Source: Candidatus Poseidoniales archaeon
GTDB lineage: Archaea > Thermoplasmatota > Poseidoniia > Poseidoniales > Thalassarchaeaceae
Reading direction: 5' to 3'
DNA length: 64,000 nt
Assembly (NCBI GenBank): GCA_028283505.1
Contig: JAPOFX010000001.1
Coordinates: 137,127-201,126 of the forward strand
The notes beneath the pieces are model-generated. The model saw nothing but the letters and a program-made list of their open reading frames with translations, was not told where the DNA came from and made no database searches. Positions 6,841 through 16,158 of this stretch are shown here, one piece after another; position 1 is the first letter of the stretch, and every line of letters begins with the position of its first letter. Made by a program: the position numbers and the translations under genes.

Positions 6841-9297
6841 ATGTTAGGCTCCTCCAATCTACTGAATAAGAGACTCGCAAGGAGTCTTTGGGGGACAAAA
6901 CTTCGACTTTCCGCTGTAATAGGCATGATCTTTGTTGGCGTTTTTGCAGGGATAACCTTTGGAGGATACTCAGCAAATTTAGGGCCGATGTACGACTCAA
7001 TCTATGAGGACAGTGATTCGGGAAGCAATCTAGCGGATATCTGGATTGATAATGAGAGCTCCATTTGGTCTGCTGATCAGGTTCAATCCCTCTGCTCAGA
7101 GATTGAGTCCTCATGGCCCGAGGGAGCTGAATCCCTGGATCAATGCGAGGGCAGGATCGTGATGAATGGTGCGATGTTCCACATGACTGACTCCGGTCAA
7201 AATGTGATTAATTCCGTATGGCACGGGATACCTCACGACTCCGATGTAGACAAGCCATGGTTCCCAGACGGACACTCCCAAGGTACGCCGGCTAAGGCAG
7301 AGGACGAGATAGTGATTGACGAGCATGTTAGGGAGGCGCTTTCTCTGAGCCTACAAGACGTAGTAACAATTGGGGTAGGGGAGGGAAGTATGAATTTCAC
7401 AATAGTTGGGTTCGCATACCATCCATTGCACATATACATGGCTCCAGAAGGATCTCTATTCCCCCCTGAATCAGGCGAGTTCGTCGTTGGCTACCTTTCC
7501 AGTTCTGGAATGGAGAGGCTTACGGGCTTGTCACAGGGATCTGCAAATACCATAGTTCTGGACATATCGGGTACTCCATCCTTCGACCTTTCTGACACTG
7601 AGGAGTATGAGGGCGAGGAGTTGGACGGAGTAAAGGAGGCTATCGCCAGTTCTATGGATGAAAATGGCATGGACGGACGAATAAGAGACAGGGGGCAGGT
7701 CGAGTCAGTAGAGCTCATGAGGTTAGATCTAGAGGGTACCAAGACTATGGCAGCCCCGTTTACTATCCTAATCCAACTGATCGCCGCCATAACAATCGCT
7801 CTTAGCTTACAGAGGCTGGTCCAGAGCCAGACTCGTGAGATAGCCATCCTCAGGACCCTTGGGTTACCTAGGAAATCGATAATGTCGGGGTATCTGATTG
7901 CTCCTTTGGTAATCGGTGGATTCGGCTGTCTAATAGGATCTATAGCCGGTCCATATGGTATGAACGGAATGCTCGATTTCTATGAGGGAATAGTGGGGGT
8001 TCCAATAATTGAGAGAGAAATACCCAGTGAAATATACCTCTCAACCACGGGCATCACCATGTCAATAGTTATCATTTCTGGGGTCTATCCCGCGTGGAAG
8101 GCGACTAGAATAGATCCCCTGAAGGCTCTCGGTGGGAGCTCTGAAATCAGAGTTGGATCAAACTATCTGCAGACACTAACCAGCTGGATGCCTACCCTAC
8201 TGGGGCTCTCAGTTCGCTCGAGCCTCAGAAAGCCAGCGAGACTAGGGATGACATTCCTTGCTGTAGGAATATCTCTGATGCTGGCGGGTTCGATTCAGAT
8301 GATGACTGTCGCATTGAATGATACCATAGTAGGGGGTTTGAGGGAAGGCCAAACCTGGGATGCACAGGTTTTCGTCCAACCCGGCGGGGAGTCCGAAGTA
8401 GTAGAGTGGGCAATTGATAGAGGCGCCTCATATGAGATAGTTATCGAGGCCCCAGTCGGAACCCTAATTGACCCTTCAGAACTACAGAGAAGCTTCGTTT
8501 TAGTGGGACTGGGGGGTTATGGAGATGGCGAATCAATGAGGCAGACGGAAATTATTGACGGTTCAGAACCAGCTGCAAATACTACCATAACAGAGGTCAT
8601 GATGGACGAGGGGTCATTACAAATGATTGGCTGGGAAGTGGGGGACAGACAATCGGTATCAATATCTGGTAACGAATTGGAGGTAGATATTGTGGGATCT
8701 GTGAGAGGAGAGATTTCTAGAACCATGTTCTTCCACCAGACAGACTTGGCAGGGATAATTGGATTCAACGCTACAGCAGTATACCTTGATTTCCCAGAGG
8801 GGGTTTCCGTTGATGAGGAGCTCGGGAAATTATCCAGTGGAATTCAAGAGAGGGAATCACTTCTTAGAGGGATCGAATCTCTACTCGATCAACAAACCCA
8901 AGTTTTGGGTACGATAATGGTATTGGGATTCATATTCACTCTAGCTGTCATGTTCAATACTATGGTTATGAATCTCGCTGAGAGGGATCTCGAATTGGCT
9001 ACTCTGAGGGTGTTAGGGGCATCTACTGGAAGCCTTTCAGTAATGCTTCTCTTCGAAAGTACCATTATTGGTTTGATAGGGGGCCTGTTTGGTGTGATCT
9101 TCGCCTTCGGTGGCGCTATAGGTCTGGCGGCCGAATTCTCAACATGGCAATTCTACTTCCCAGTGGTCCTAGTCCCGAACGTCGCTTTCCAGCTCATTTC
9201 AGTGGTATTACTGATTTCTGTAGCAATGGTACCAGTTGGAATCGTTAGGCTCAGAAACATGGATCTCGTCGAGAAAGTCAAAGACCTGTCCCAATAA
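6841..9297 (+). CDS. ABC transporter permease with two FtsX/MacB-like modules and large extracytoplasmic domains
   Basis: 818 aa. There are two blocks of four TM helices, each preceded by a large hydrophilic domain. FtsX-like patterns EIAILRTLGLPRKSI and ELATLRVLGASTGSL. Confidence 0.7.
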   Translation: MLGSSNLLNKRLARSLWGTKLRLSAVIGMIFVGVFAGITFGGYSANLGPMYDSIYEDSDSGSNLADIWIDNESSIWSADQVQSLCSEIESSWPEGAESLDQCEGRIVMNGAMFHMTDSGQNVINSVWHGIPHDSDVDKPWFPDGHSQGTPAKAEDEIVIDEHVREALSLSLQDVVTIGVGEGSMNFTIVGFAYHPLHIYMAPEGSLFPPESGEFVVGYLSSSGMERLTGLSQGSANTIVLDISGTPSFDLSDTEEYEGEELDGVKEAIASSMDENGMDGRIRDRGQVESVELMRLDLEGTKTMAAPFTILIQLIAAITIALSLQRLVQSQTREIAILRTLGLPRKSIMSGYLIAPLVIGGFGCLIGSIAGPYGMNGMLDFYEGIVGVPIIEREIPSEIYLSTTGITMSIVIISGVYPAWKATRIDPLKALGGSSEIRVGSNYLQTLTSWMPTLLGLSVRSSLRKPARLGMTFLAVGISLMLAGSIQMMTVALNDTIVGGLREGQTWDAQVFVQPGGESEVVEWAIDRGASYEIVIEAPVGTLIDPSELQRSFVLVGLGGYGDGESMRQTEIIDGSEPAANTTITEVMMDEGSLQMIGWEVGDRQSVSISGNELEVDIVGSVRGEISRTMFFHQTDLAGIIGFNATAVYLDFPEGVSVDEELGKLSSGIQERESLLRGIESLLDQQTQVLGTIMVLGFIFTLAVMFNTMVMNLAERDLELATLRVLGASTGSLSVMLLFESTIIGLIGGLFGVIFAFGGAIGLAAEFSTWQFYFPVVLVPNVAFQLISVVLLISVAMVPVGIVRLRNMDLVEKVKDLSQ

Positions 9298-9306
9298 CGG
9301 CGATAC

Positions 9307-10089
9307 ATGCGAGTAGTTACTTGGAACCTGAACGGAATCAGGGCCGCCCATAGAAAAGGACTCTACAATTTCATAGATAGGATAGATGCCGATGTGATGC
9401 TATTCCAAGAGGTCAGGGCCCTGCCAGAACAAATGCCGAAGGATTGGAAGGAGCCAGAAGGGTACGATGTCATTTGGCATCCCGCGCAGAAGAAAGGGTA
9501 TTCAGGCGTGATGTCCTGTTCGAGGGTCGGCATGGAAGAGATTGGCAGGGGAATCGACACTGACTTAGATGAGACAAGGGACCCCGAGGGAAGGGTTTTG
9601 CATACAAAGCACAATGGAATGCATTGTGTGAACATCTATCTCCCAAATGGCAGTTCAAGAGATCAAAGGCAAGCTTACAAGGATCAATGGATCGAGGATT
9701 TGATGGAGTGGGCAGAAATGTTCGTGGGTTCGGAAGAGCCAGCAATTCTTTGTGGAGATCTGAATATTGCCCATACCGAGGATGACATATGGGATCCAAA
9801 AGGGAATAAGAGGTCATCCGGATTCCTTGAGCATGAGAGGGAGTGGTTCACAAGACTTCTGGATAGGGGATGGCATGACTTGCTCAGAATCCACATAGGG
9901 TCACAAAAAGGGCCTTACACATGGTGGTCAAATTTCAGAAGAGCCAGGGAGAGAGACAGGGGTTGGAGAATTGATTATGTCCTTGCGAATGATGTAGCGA
10001 GGTCTATGATGAAATCAGCTGAAGTCATGAGGGAAGGTGGAATGGTTGTTTCAGATCATGCACCTGTCATTGTCGACTTCGATATTTAG
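9307..10089 (+). CDS. xth: Exodeoxyribonuclease III / AP endonuclease
   Basis: N-terminus MRVVTWNLNGIRAA, plus LFQEV, ILCGDLNIAH, GWRIDYVL and the C-terminal SDHAPV motif of the EEP (ExoIII) family. Confidence 0.85.
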   Translation: MRVVTWNLNGIRAAHRKGLYNFIDRIDADVMLFQEVRALPEQMPKDWKEPEGYDVIWHPAQKKGYSGVMSCSRVGMEEIGRGIDTDLDETRDPEGRVLHTKHNGMHCVNIYLPNGSSRDQRQAYKDQWIEDLMEWAEMFVGSEEPAILCGDLNIAHTEDDIWDPKGNKRSSGFLEHEREWFTRLLDRGWHDLLRIHIGSQKGPYTWWSNFRRARERDRGWRIDYVLANDVARSMMKSAEVMREGGMVVSDHAPVIVDFDI

Positions 10090-10161
10090 GCCCGATAGTT
10101 CTGTTTAACGGCTATATGGCCCCAAGCCACCATTCAAGAGGTGAAGCGTCGGCGAACAATC

Positions 10162-10935
10162 ATGGCGAATACGCTGGAAGAGAGGCTTGAGAGAATCCTT
10201 CCAGGTGGAAAGGGCGTCTGGATACCAATGGATCACGGGGCATCCGGCTTTCCCGTCGACGGACTTACGGATACCGAATTCGTGATCGATTCAGTGATCA
10301 GAGGCGGTGCCGATGCTATCGTATTGCAAAAGGGTCTTCTCAGCTATCACCATTCTAGGAATGGCTGGGATGGATATGTTTGCCACGTCTCAGTCTCCAC
10401 CATTCACGGAGGGGGAAGATCCCAAGACAAGGTTTCCGTGGCAACAGCTTCAGAAGCACTCCTCCGGGGTGCGAGCGGAGTTTCAGCTCAAGTGAACTTG
10501 GGCGATAATTACGAGCCGGAGATGATACAGAGGCTCGGTGAATTATCCAGGCAAGCATATTCGGAAGGATTGCCCGTCCTTGGCATGGTATATCCGAGAG
10601 GCCCTAATCTTGTTATCGAGGAAGGCGACTCAACAAGGGGTGTGGCTCACGCTGCAAGAATCGCATGGGAACTAGGGTGCCATGTGGTAAAGGTCCCATG
10701 GACAGGTTCTCCAGAGTCCTTCTCCGAGGTTGTCGAGGCAGTGCCTATCCCGGTTCTACTGGCAGGCGGAGAAAAAAAAGGTGATTTCAGCGAAACCCTA
10801 TCCATTGTCAGGGAGGCTGTGGGTGTCGGCTGCTCAGGTATTTGCTTCGGTAGACAGATTTTCGGCTCGAAAGATCCAGAGTTGTGCGTAAAGGCCCTGA
10901 GGGAAATTGTTCATGCTGGCGAGAATACACTCTGA
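10162..10935 (+). CDS. aroA': 2-amino-3,7-dideoxy-D-threo-hept-6-ulosonate synthase (AroA', class I aldolase DhnA family)
   Basis: DhnA-type class I aldolase pattern (IPMDHG, candidate Schiff-base Lys in HVVKVPW, LLAGGEK). It lies directly upstream of dehydroquinate synthase II. The ATG at 10162 is preferred over the GTG at 10141. Confidence 0.65.
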   Translation: MANTLEERLERILPGGKGVWIPMDHGASGFPVDGLTDTEFVIDSVIRGGADAIVLQKGLLSYHHSRNGWDGYVCHVSVSTIHGGGRSQDKVSVATASEALLRGASGVSAQVNLGDNYEPEMIQRLGELSRQAYSEGLPVLGMVYPRGPNLVIEEGDSTRGVAHAARIAWELGCHVVKVPWTGSPESFSEVVEAVPIPVLLAGGEKKGDFSETLSIVREAVGVGCSGICFGRQIFGSKDPELCVKALREIVHAGENTL

Positions 10936-10947
10936 TGAGGTGGCGTA

Positions 10948-11895
10948 ATGGAGTTATGGTTGGATGCGGAGATGTATGGGGGCCCCACCCAAGATACAGA
11001 CGGGGTAAGAGTTTGGGATGGATCTAGCTCGGATGTCGCGATGGTGGACATAACGGATGCTAGAGCGCAAAAAGAAGCCATTTCCCTGATAGGGAGTGTT
11101 CCTTGGATATTGATAAGGTGTAAAGACTGGAAGATGATACCACTTGAAAATTTAGTAGCATCTTCTAGAGGAAGCGGGACCAAATTAGCCATTGCAGTCT
11201 CAAAGAAAGTTGAACTGCAGGGGGTGGCATTCGCACTCCAACATGGAGTTGATGCCGTGGCTCTCCCACCAGAAAATAAATTCCCGGATCTCTGGTCAGT
11301 TGCAAGATCAATTGTGAGAGATAATGGAAATGGAAGCTCCGATGTGGACCCCCCTTCTCTGTCTTATGCCAGAATTACATCTGTAACTGAAGGAGGAATA
11401 GGAGAAAGGGCCTGCGTCGACCTTACGGAGAGGCTACTGGAGGGCGAAGGTATCGTAGCCGGATCAATTTCTTCTTGCCTCGGTATGATTCACGGAGAGA
11501 CGATCCCCTCCCAGTATGTCCCAACTAGGCCATTCAGGATCAACGCTGGGGCTTTACACTCTTATGTCATAATGGGTGATGGAACAACGAAGTACCTCAG
11601 CGAATTAGAATCTGGAGATCGGGTTTCTATCTTCTCTGTGGACGGTTCAATCAGAGAAGCGACCATTGGGAGGCTTAAAATCGAAAGAAGACCACTGCTA
11701 AAGATATCCTTTGAATCAGGGGAGTTTACCGGTCATGTGATGGTCCAGCAAGCCGAGACAGTACGCCTTGTTTCGAGTGATTCGAAACCAATCTCAGTGA
11801 CGGATATCTCTCAAGGCGATGAAATCATTGTAGTCATTGACAACAGCATGCGTCACATAGGTAGTGCAGTACCAGGGGAGGTCAGAGAATTATGA
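10948..11895 (+). CDS. aroB': 3-dehydroquinate synthase II (archaeal AroB')
   Basis: Conserved block RITSVTEGGIGERACVDL..GEGIVAGS..YVPTRPFRINAGALHSYV..TKYLSELESGD..IGRLKIERRPLL, typical of the archaeal DHQ synthase II family. Confidence 0.8.
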   Translation: MELWLDAEMYGGPTQDTDGVRVWDGSSSDVAMVDITDARAQKEAISLIGSVPWILIRCKDWKMIPLENLVASSRGSGTKLAIAVSKKVELQGVAFALQHGVDAVALPPENKFPDLWSVARSIVRDNGNGSSDVDPPSLSYARITSVTEGGIGERACVDLTERLLEGEGIVAGSISSCLGMIHGETIPSQYVPTRPFRINAGALHSYVIMGDGTTKYLSELESGDRVSIFSVDGSIREATIGRLKIERRPLLKISFESGEFTGHVMVQQAETVRLVSSDSKPISVTDISQGDEIIVVIDNSMRHIGSAVPGEVREL

Positions 11896-12746
11896 CAATT
11901 CTAGGTACAGGTGAGGCATTTGGAGCAATTTCAATTCTTCATGCATTGGGTACAGGAAAGGGTTGCTCAATCCCCGTCGAACTCCCAATTAGAGTCAATA
12001 TCCATGATTTTGAAATGAGAAATGATAATGATAAGCACGGAATTTTATCCATAATCTCATCAATTTGGGGTGAGAAGGGATACCCGGTTCCACCTGTCAT
12101 AGGCTGGGAGGTGATTAGCGAAATCCCCATTGGCCAGGGCCTAAAGTCTAGCTCAGCTCTTTCCTGTGCAGCAATCAAGGCACTCGATAAGGCATCTTGG
12201 ACGTGCCTTTCGGATTATGAGATAGTTGACTTAGCTGTGGAGGCGCAGAGGAGATCAGGTTGCACAATTTCCGGAAGTATGGACGATACATGGGCTACGC
12301 TAACTCCTGGATGGAAAGCAGTGGACTCCTCAAAACCTCCTGAAGACTCGATTCTCTTTGAAGGAGACATAGAGCCCGGATTTTCAGTCCTAATTGGGCT
12401 GAGGGGTTCAAGGAACAGTGATATTATAATCGAGTCATTTTACAAAAACTCGCATATCTTTGATAGAGCGCTCGCATCATTGATCAACGGATCCATACTG
12501 GATTCACTATCCTCAAATGGAATGGCTGTGGCTTCTTCTACGGAAGACTTCGAAGCACTGAGGATCAGTAATCTGATGATAGCCTCTGGTGCTGTGGCCG
12601 CTGGTATAAGTGGCTCTGGACCTGCTATTGCTGTAGTCTGCTATGCCTCGGACTCTGAACACATCAGGGGAAAACTTTCCGAGCTGTGCGATGAGGTAAT
12701 ATCAACTCAGTTCTTGTTATCCGAAGAGCTAGTCGAGGAGGCATAA
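11892..12746 (+). CDS. aroK: Shikimate kinase, archaeal GHMP-kinase type
   Basis: GHMP motif PIGQGLKSSSALSCAA. Length of about 280 aa. 4-nt overlap with aroB' and located next to aroC. Confidence 0.7.
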   Translation: MTILGTGEAFGAISILHALGTGKGCSIPVELPIRVNIHDFEMRNDNDKHGILSIISSIWGEKGYPVPPVIGWEVISEIPIGQGLKSSSALSCAAIKALDKASWTCLSDYEIVDLAVEAQRRSGCTISGSMDDTWATLTPGWKAVDSSKPPEDSILFEGDIEPGFSVLIGLRGSRNSDIIIESFYKNSHIFDRALASLINGSILDSLSSNGMAVASSTEDFEALRISNLMIASGAVAAGISGSGPAIAVVCYASDSEHIRGKLSELCDEVISTQFLLSEELVEEA

Positions 12747-12747
12747 C

Positions 12748-13848
12748 ATGGGAATGGGTCTCGGTGAAAACCTCAAGGTTACAATTTTTGGCGAGAGTCA
12801 TGGAAAGTGTGTGGGGGCATTGATTGAGGGGATCCCTCCCGGTACTCCAATAGATCCAGAAACCCTACTTCAGGATCTGCAGAGAAGGAAGCCCGGTAGG
12901 AAGGGGATGTCTCAGCGTTCTGAGGATGATCGATGTGAGATTATGTCAGGAGTCTTTGACGGAAAGGCTACTGGTTGGCCAATATTGATGCTTACTATGA
13001 ACTCAGATGCCAAATCGAAAGATTACTCATTCCTGCCCGATCATCCCCGTCCAGGGCATGCCGATTTGGTCGAGTCCGTTAGGTCCCAGGGTTCCGCCGA
13101 TCTGAGAGGGGGCGGCTCTCAGTCAGCTAGGCTAACATTCGGTCTGGTCGCTGCTGGAAGCCAAGTCAGATCTATTCTGGATAAGGTTGGATGGTCATGC
13201 CATGCTCACTTGCATAGTGTAGGGAACATTCAGTCAAAGCCACTTTTCGAATTAGACAGAAATAAAGAATTTGACCCAGGATCAGATTCAGGGAGACTGA
13301 ATTGTAGGGATCATGAAGCCGCAATTTTGATGTCACGTGAGATCGAGAAAGTCAGAAAAGAGAGGGATACCATAGGATCCGTGGTTGAGTTATTGGTAGA
13401 AGGTCTACCAATAGGGGTTGGGGAACCGTGGTTTGATGGCATTGAACCGTCCTTGGCGAGAGCACTCATGGCTATACCAGGTGCGAGGGCAGTGGAATTT
13501 TCTCATGGAGTAAAATCCTCTACAATGAGGGGGAGTGAGCATAATGACTCTTGGTTGCCCGGAACAGACTACCCAATTCTTGATGGCGCGTCCGAGGGAA
13601 CCGCCGACGGCTCATTGGGAGGGCGCTCAACTGGTGCTCCAATCTCAGTGAAGGTCCATTTTAAGCCACCAAGTAGCCTTCCCCAGAAGCAGTTCACATT
13701 GCACCTGCCCTCGAATCAACGTCAATACCTCGAAGTCGGAGGAAGGCATGATCCTGTGTTGGGTCCCAGGGCCGCGCCTGTAGTAGAAGCAGTTTCCATG
13801 CTCGTTATGGCGGATTTAGGAATAGCCGGAGGTTTCATTTCAGGCTAA
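12748..13848 (+). CDS. aroC: Chorismate synthase
   Basis: N-terminus LKVTIFGESHGKCVGALIEGIPPG, plus LQRRKPGR, RPGHAD and GGRHDP motifs. Confidence 0.85.
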   Translation: MGMGLGENLKVTIFGESHGKCVGALIEGIPPGTPIDPETLLQDLQRRKPGRKGMSQRSEDDRCEIMSGVFDGKATGWPILMLTMNSDAKSKDYSFLPDHPRPGHADLVESVRSQGSADLRGGGSQSARLTFGLVAAGSQVRSILDKVGWSCHAHLHSVGNIQSKPLFELDRNKEFDPGSDSGRLNCRDHEAAILMSREIEKVRKERDTIGSVVELLVEGLPIGVGEPWFDGIEPSLARALMAIPGARAVEFSHGVKSSTMRGSEHNDSWLPGTDYPILDGASEGTADGSLGGRSTGAPISVKVHFKPPSSLPQKQFTLHLPSNQRQYLEVGGRHDPVLGPRAAPVVEAVSMLVMADLGIAGGFISG

Positions 13849-14786
13849 GCGTTTCTTTCTCTCATCTGCTGAATCCTCAGGGGGAGATTTACTCCGAACA
13901 TTATTGCAATTATCAGGAATACAATTGCAGTTCCGAGGGCTACTCCATACACACTTGTCAACTCAACGGATTCCCTGAGCCTCTCTGAAGCGACATCTGA
14001 ACTACCGTCAAAGATATCGACAATCGCCGGAATTATGAGATTTATGAGTAGAGTCATCAGAGCTACCACTCCCGCAATAACTGGAGCAATTGCAAGTGAT
14101 GTATGGTATCTTCTGGTTATCTTGTTTACACCCATTACGTATACCTCATTCATCCTGATTGACGTATCTAACATAGAGAACCTGATTACCCCACTTGTCA
14201 GTTCAATGTACATCACTAGGAAGACCGCATACAGAATCAGGATGAACTTCTGAGCAATCTCGCCTTCTGGAAGGAAATCGAACCTGAATTCCACTGTACT
14301 TCCCGCAAACCTAACTGTTACCAGTATCAAAGCAACATAAGAAATTAGGATTGCCCTCCTATCCCTCTGGAAAATCCCGTAGGCGCCTCCAACCAGGCCT
14401 ATGACTATCAAGGAGAGATGGAATAGTCCAGCCAGTGAAGCTAATCCAAGAATATTAGAGATCGCGAACCAGGCAGTCCCAGAGACTGGGGTTATAGCTA
14501 AAGTGAGGAATGATAAAATCACCAAGGATGAAACAGCTCCCACCTGTAGTGATGAGACCATTCTGTCAGCAGGCAGGAACTTCTGTTTAGAAACGACAGG
14601 TCCACCGAAAAAAGACTCGATAAAGCTCGGGACATGTATCTCAGGTATAGCATCCTTTGGTATCTCGGTACTCGACTTCAGCCTACCTGCCGCCTTCTTC
14701 CTGCTGGGTGCTGAGGACCTCACGGTCTTTCCTTCGTAGAGATGGGAGGTATCTCCTCCCCCGTCTACCTTTACCTTGTCAGCCAT
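13845..14786 (-). CDS. Polytopic membrane protein, last gene of the MoxR/DUF58 module
   Basis: 313 aa. A basic cytoplasmic N-terminus is followed by about 6-7 hydrophobic helices. It starts 12 nt after the DUF58 gene on the same strand. Its 3' end overlaps the convergent aroC by 4 nt. Confidence 0.6.
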   Translation of the reverse strand: MADKVKVDGGGDTSHLYEGKTVRSSAPSRKKAAGRLKSSTEIPKDAIPEIHVPSFIESFFGGPVVSKQKFLPADRMVSSLQVGAVSSLVILSFLTLAITPVSGTAWFAISNILGLASLAGLFHLSLIVIGLVGGAYGIFQRDRRAILISYVALILVTVRFAGSTVEFRFDFLPEGEIAQKFILILYAVFLVMYIELTSGVIRFSMLDTSIRMNEVYVMGVNKITRRYHTSLAIAPVIAGVVALMTLLINLIIPAIVDIFDGSSDVASERLRESVELTSVYGVALGTAIVFLIIAIMFGVNLPLRIQQMRERNA

Positions 14787-14798
14787 ATTTCAATCACC

Positions 14799-16118
14799 TC
14801 AGAATCCCCTTGCTCCTGCCAGTGCGGTATTCAGCATCATATCTGGTTCCCAATCCATCACGAAGGCTCCAAGTCCCCGTAATTCGCTCATAAGGATATC
14901 GCGCTCTGTCTTCAAAACCTCGTAACCGGTCCTATCAAGCCTCTTGGCGTCGAACTCGAACTCAAGACTACTTGGAGAGAGGACAGTGACGTCAAAGTTT
15001 CTCGCCCTAAGATCCCTGACAGCATCGACAATTGTAGAGTCATCCTCCAGAGGACTTAGGATGATGATCGGACTGCCTCTGTTTATGTGTGGCATGATTC
15101 TGTTAGTGACTACCTTCAGAGGCGTATTGCCTTTCGCTATTGCCCCAGCCAGCTTCGTAAGTAGGACATAGAGTTGCTTTTTTCCCGTATCCCTGTCCAC
15201 GGAAACTATTTCATCACTGTAAACCACCAATCCTACAGAGTCTCTTCTTGATAAGAAGTACTGAGACAGACTCGCGGCCGCCCTTGTACTGTAGACTAGC
15301 GAGTTGCGGCTGACCGGGCCAGTCTCACTTACAGACCTGCTGTCAATGATTATGATTATGTCACTAACTGCATCTCTCTCGTACTCATTGACCATCATTT
15401 TCCCACCACTCCTAGCGGTTGCAGCCCAATTCACCTTTTTCATCGGATCTCCGGGTATATACTCCCTCAGATTGTAAAAATTCGACCCTTCTCCAGGATT
15501 CCTAATGTTGACAGCACCGGTGAAAATCTTCGGGACTCGACTTTTTATTAGTGCGTCCTTGATATCTTCCATCTTGGGGAATACAAGGAAATCGTCGTAC
15601 AGGTTAACTTCCCTCTCATTGTGGAACAACCCAAATGCATCTTGGATTCTGATGCACACCGGCCCTATCGTGTAGAATCCTCTCAGAGGGGTTTCTATTG
15701 TGTACCTGATTGTGGTCTCTCTTTGTGGCCCTAGTTCCATAAGTACGTAATTCGCACCCTTCTTGACCCTCATAACCTCCGGAACCCGGTCTCTCACCTC
15801 TACGATCTTTGGCAAATTGGATTTATTCTGCAGCCTTAAGGTAACCTCAATCTCACCATCTTCAAAAATTCTAGACGAGGAAATCTTTCTCAAAGCAACA
15901 ATGCTGTTTAGTTGAACACCATCATTTTTCCTCTCTTCTTCTGCTCTTCGTCCAGATGAGGAAACATCGGCATGGTTGGACATGAATGCAGCCCAAGTTA
16001 GGAATGAAAGAAGTACCACTGCAACAGTTACCAGTTGCTGGTTGCGAAGTACCAAGCCAAGAAGGTATAGAGCGATTGCCAATGATGCGAACATCGCTGA
16101 CTTCCTGCTCCACGCCAT
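14799..16118 (-). CDS. DUF58 (vWA-like) protein with N-terminal TM hairpin
   Basis: DUF58 signature YNLREYIPGDPMKKVNWAATARSGGKMMVNEYERD followed by a vWA-like region (IIIIDSRS..). Adjacent to the MoxR ATPase. Confidence 0.75.
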   Translation of the reverse strand: MAWSRKSAMFASLAIALYLLGLVLRNQQLVTVAVVLLSFLTWAAFMSNHADVSSSGRRAEEERKNDGVQLNSIVALRKISSSRIFEDGEIEVTLRLQNKSNLPKIVEVRDRVPEVMRVKKGANYVLMELGPQRETTIRYTIETPLRGFYTIGPVCIRIQDAFGLFHNEREVNLYDDFLVFPKMEDIKDALIKSRVPKIFTGAVNIRNPGEGSNFYNLREYIPGDPMKKVNWAATARSGGKMMVNEYERDAVSDIIIIIDSRSVSETGPVSRNSLVYSTRAAASLSQYFLSRRDSVGLVVYSDEIVSVDRDTGKKQLYVLLTKLAGAIAKGNTPLKVVTNRIMPHINRGSPIIILSPLEDDSTIVDAVRDLRARNFDVTVLSPSSLEFEFDAKRLDRTGYEVLKTERDILMSELRGLGAFVMDWEPDMMLNTALAGARGF

Positions 16119-16158
16119 GTCAAATCTCCTCTTTCACCCTAATAGAGTCCTCAAGACC

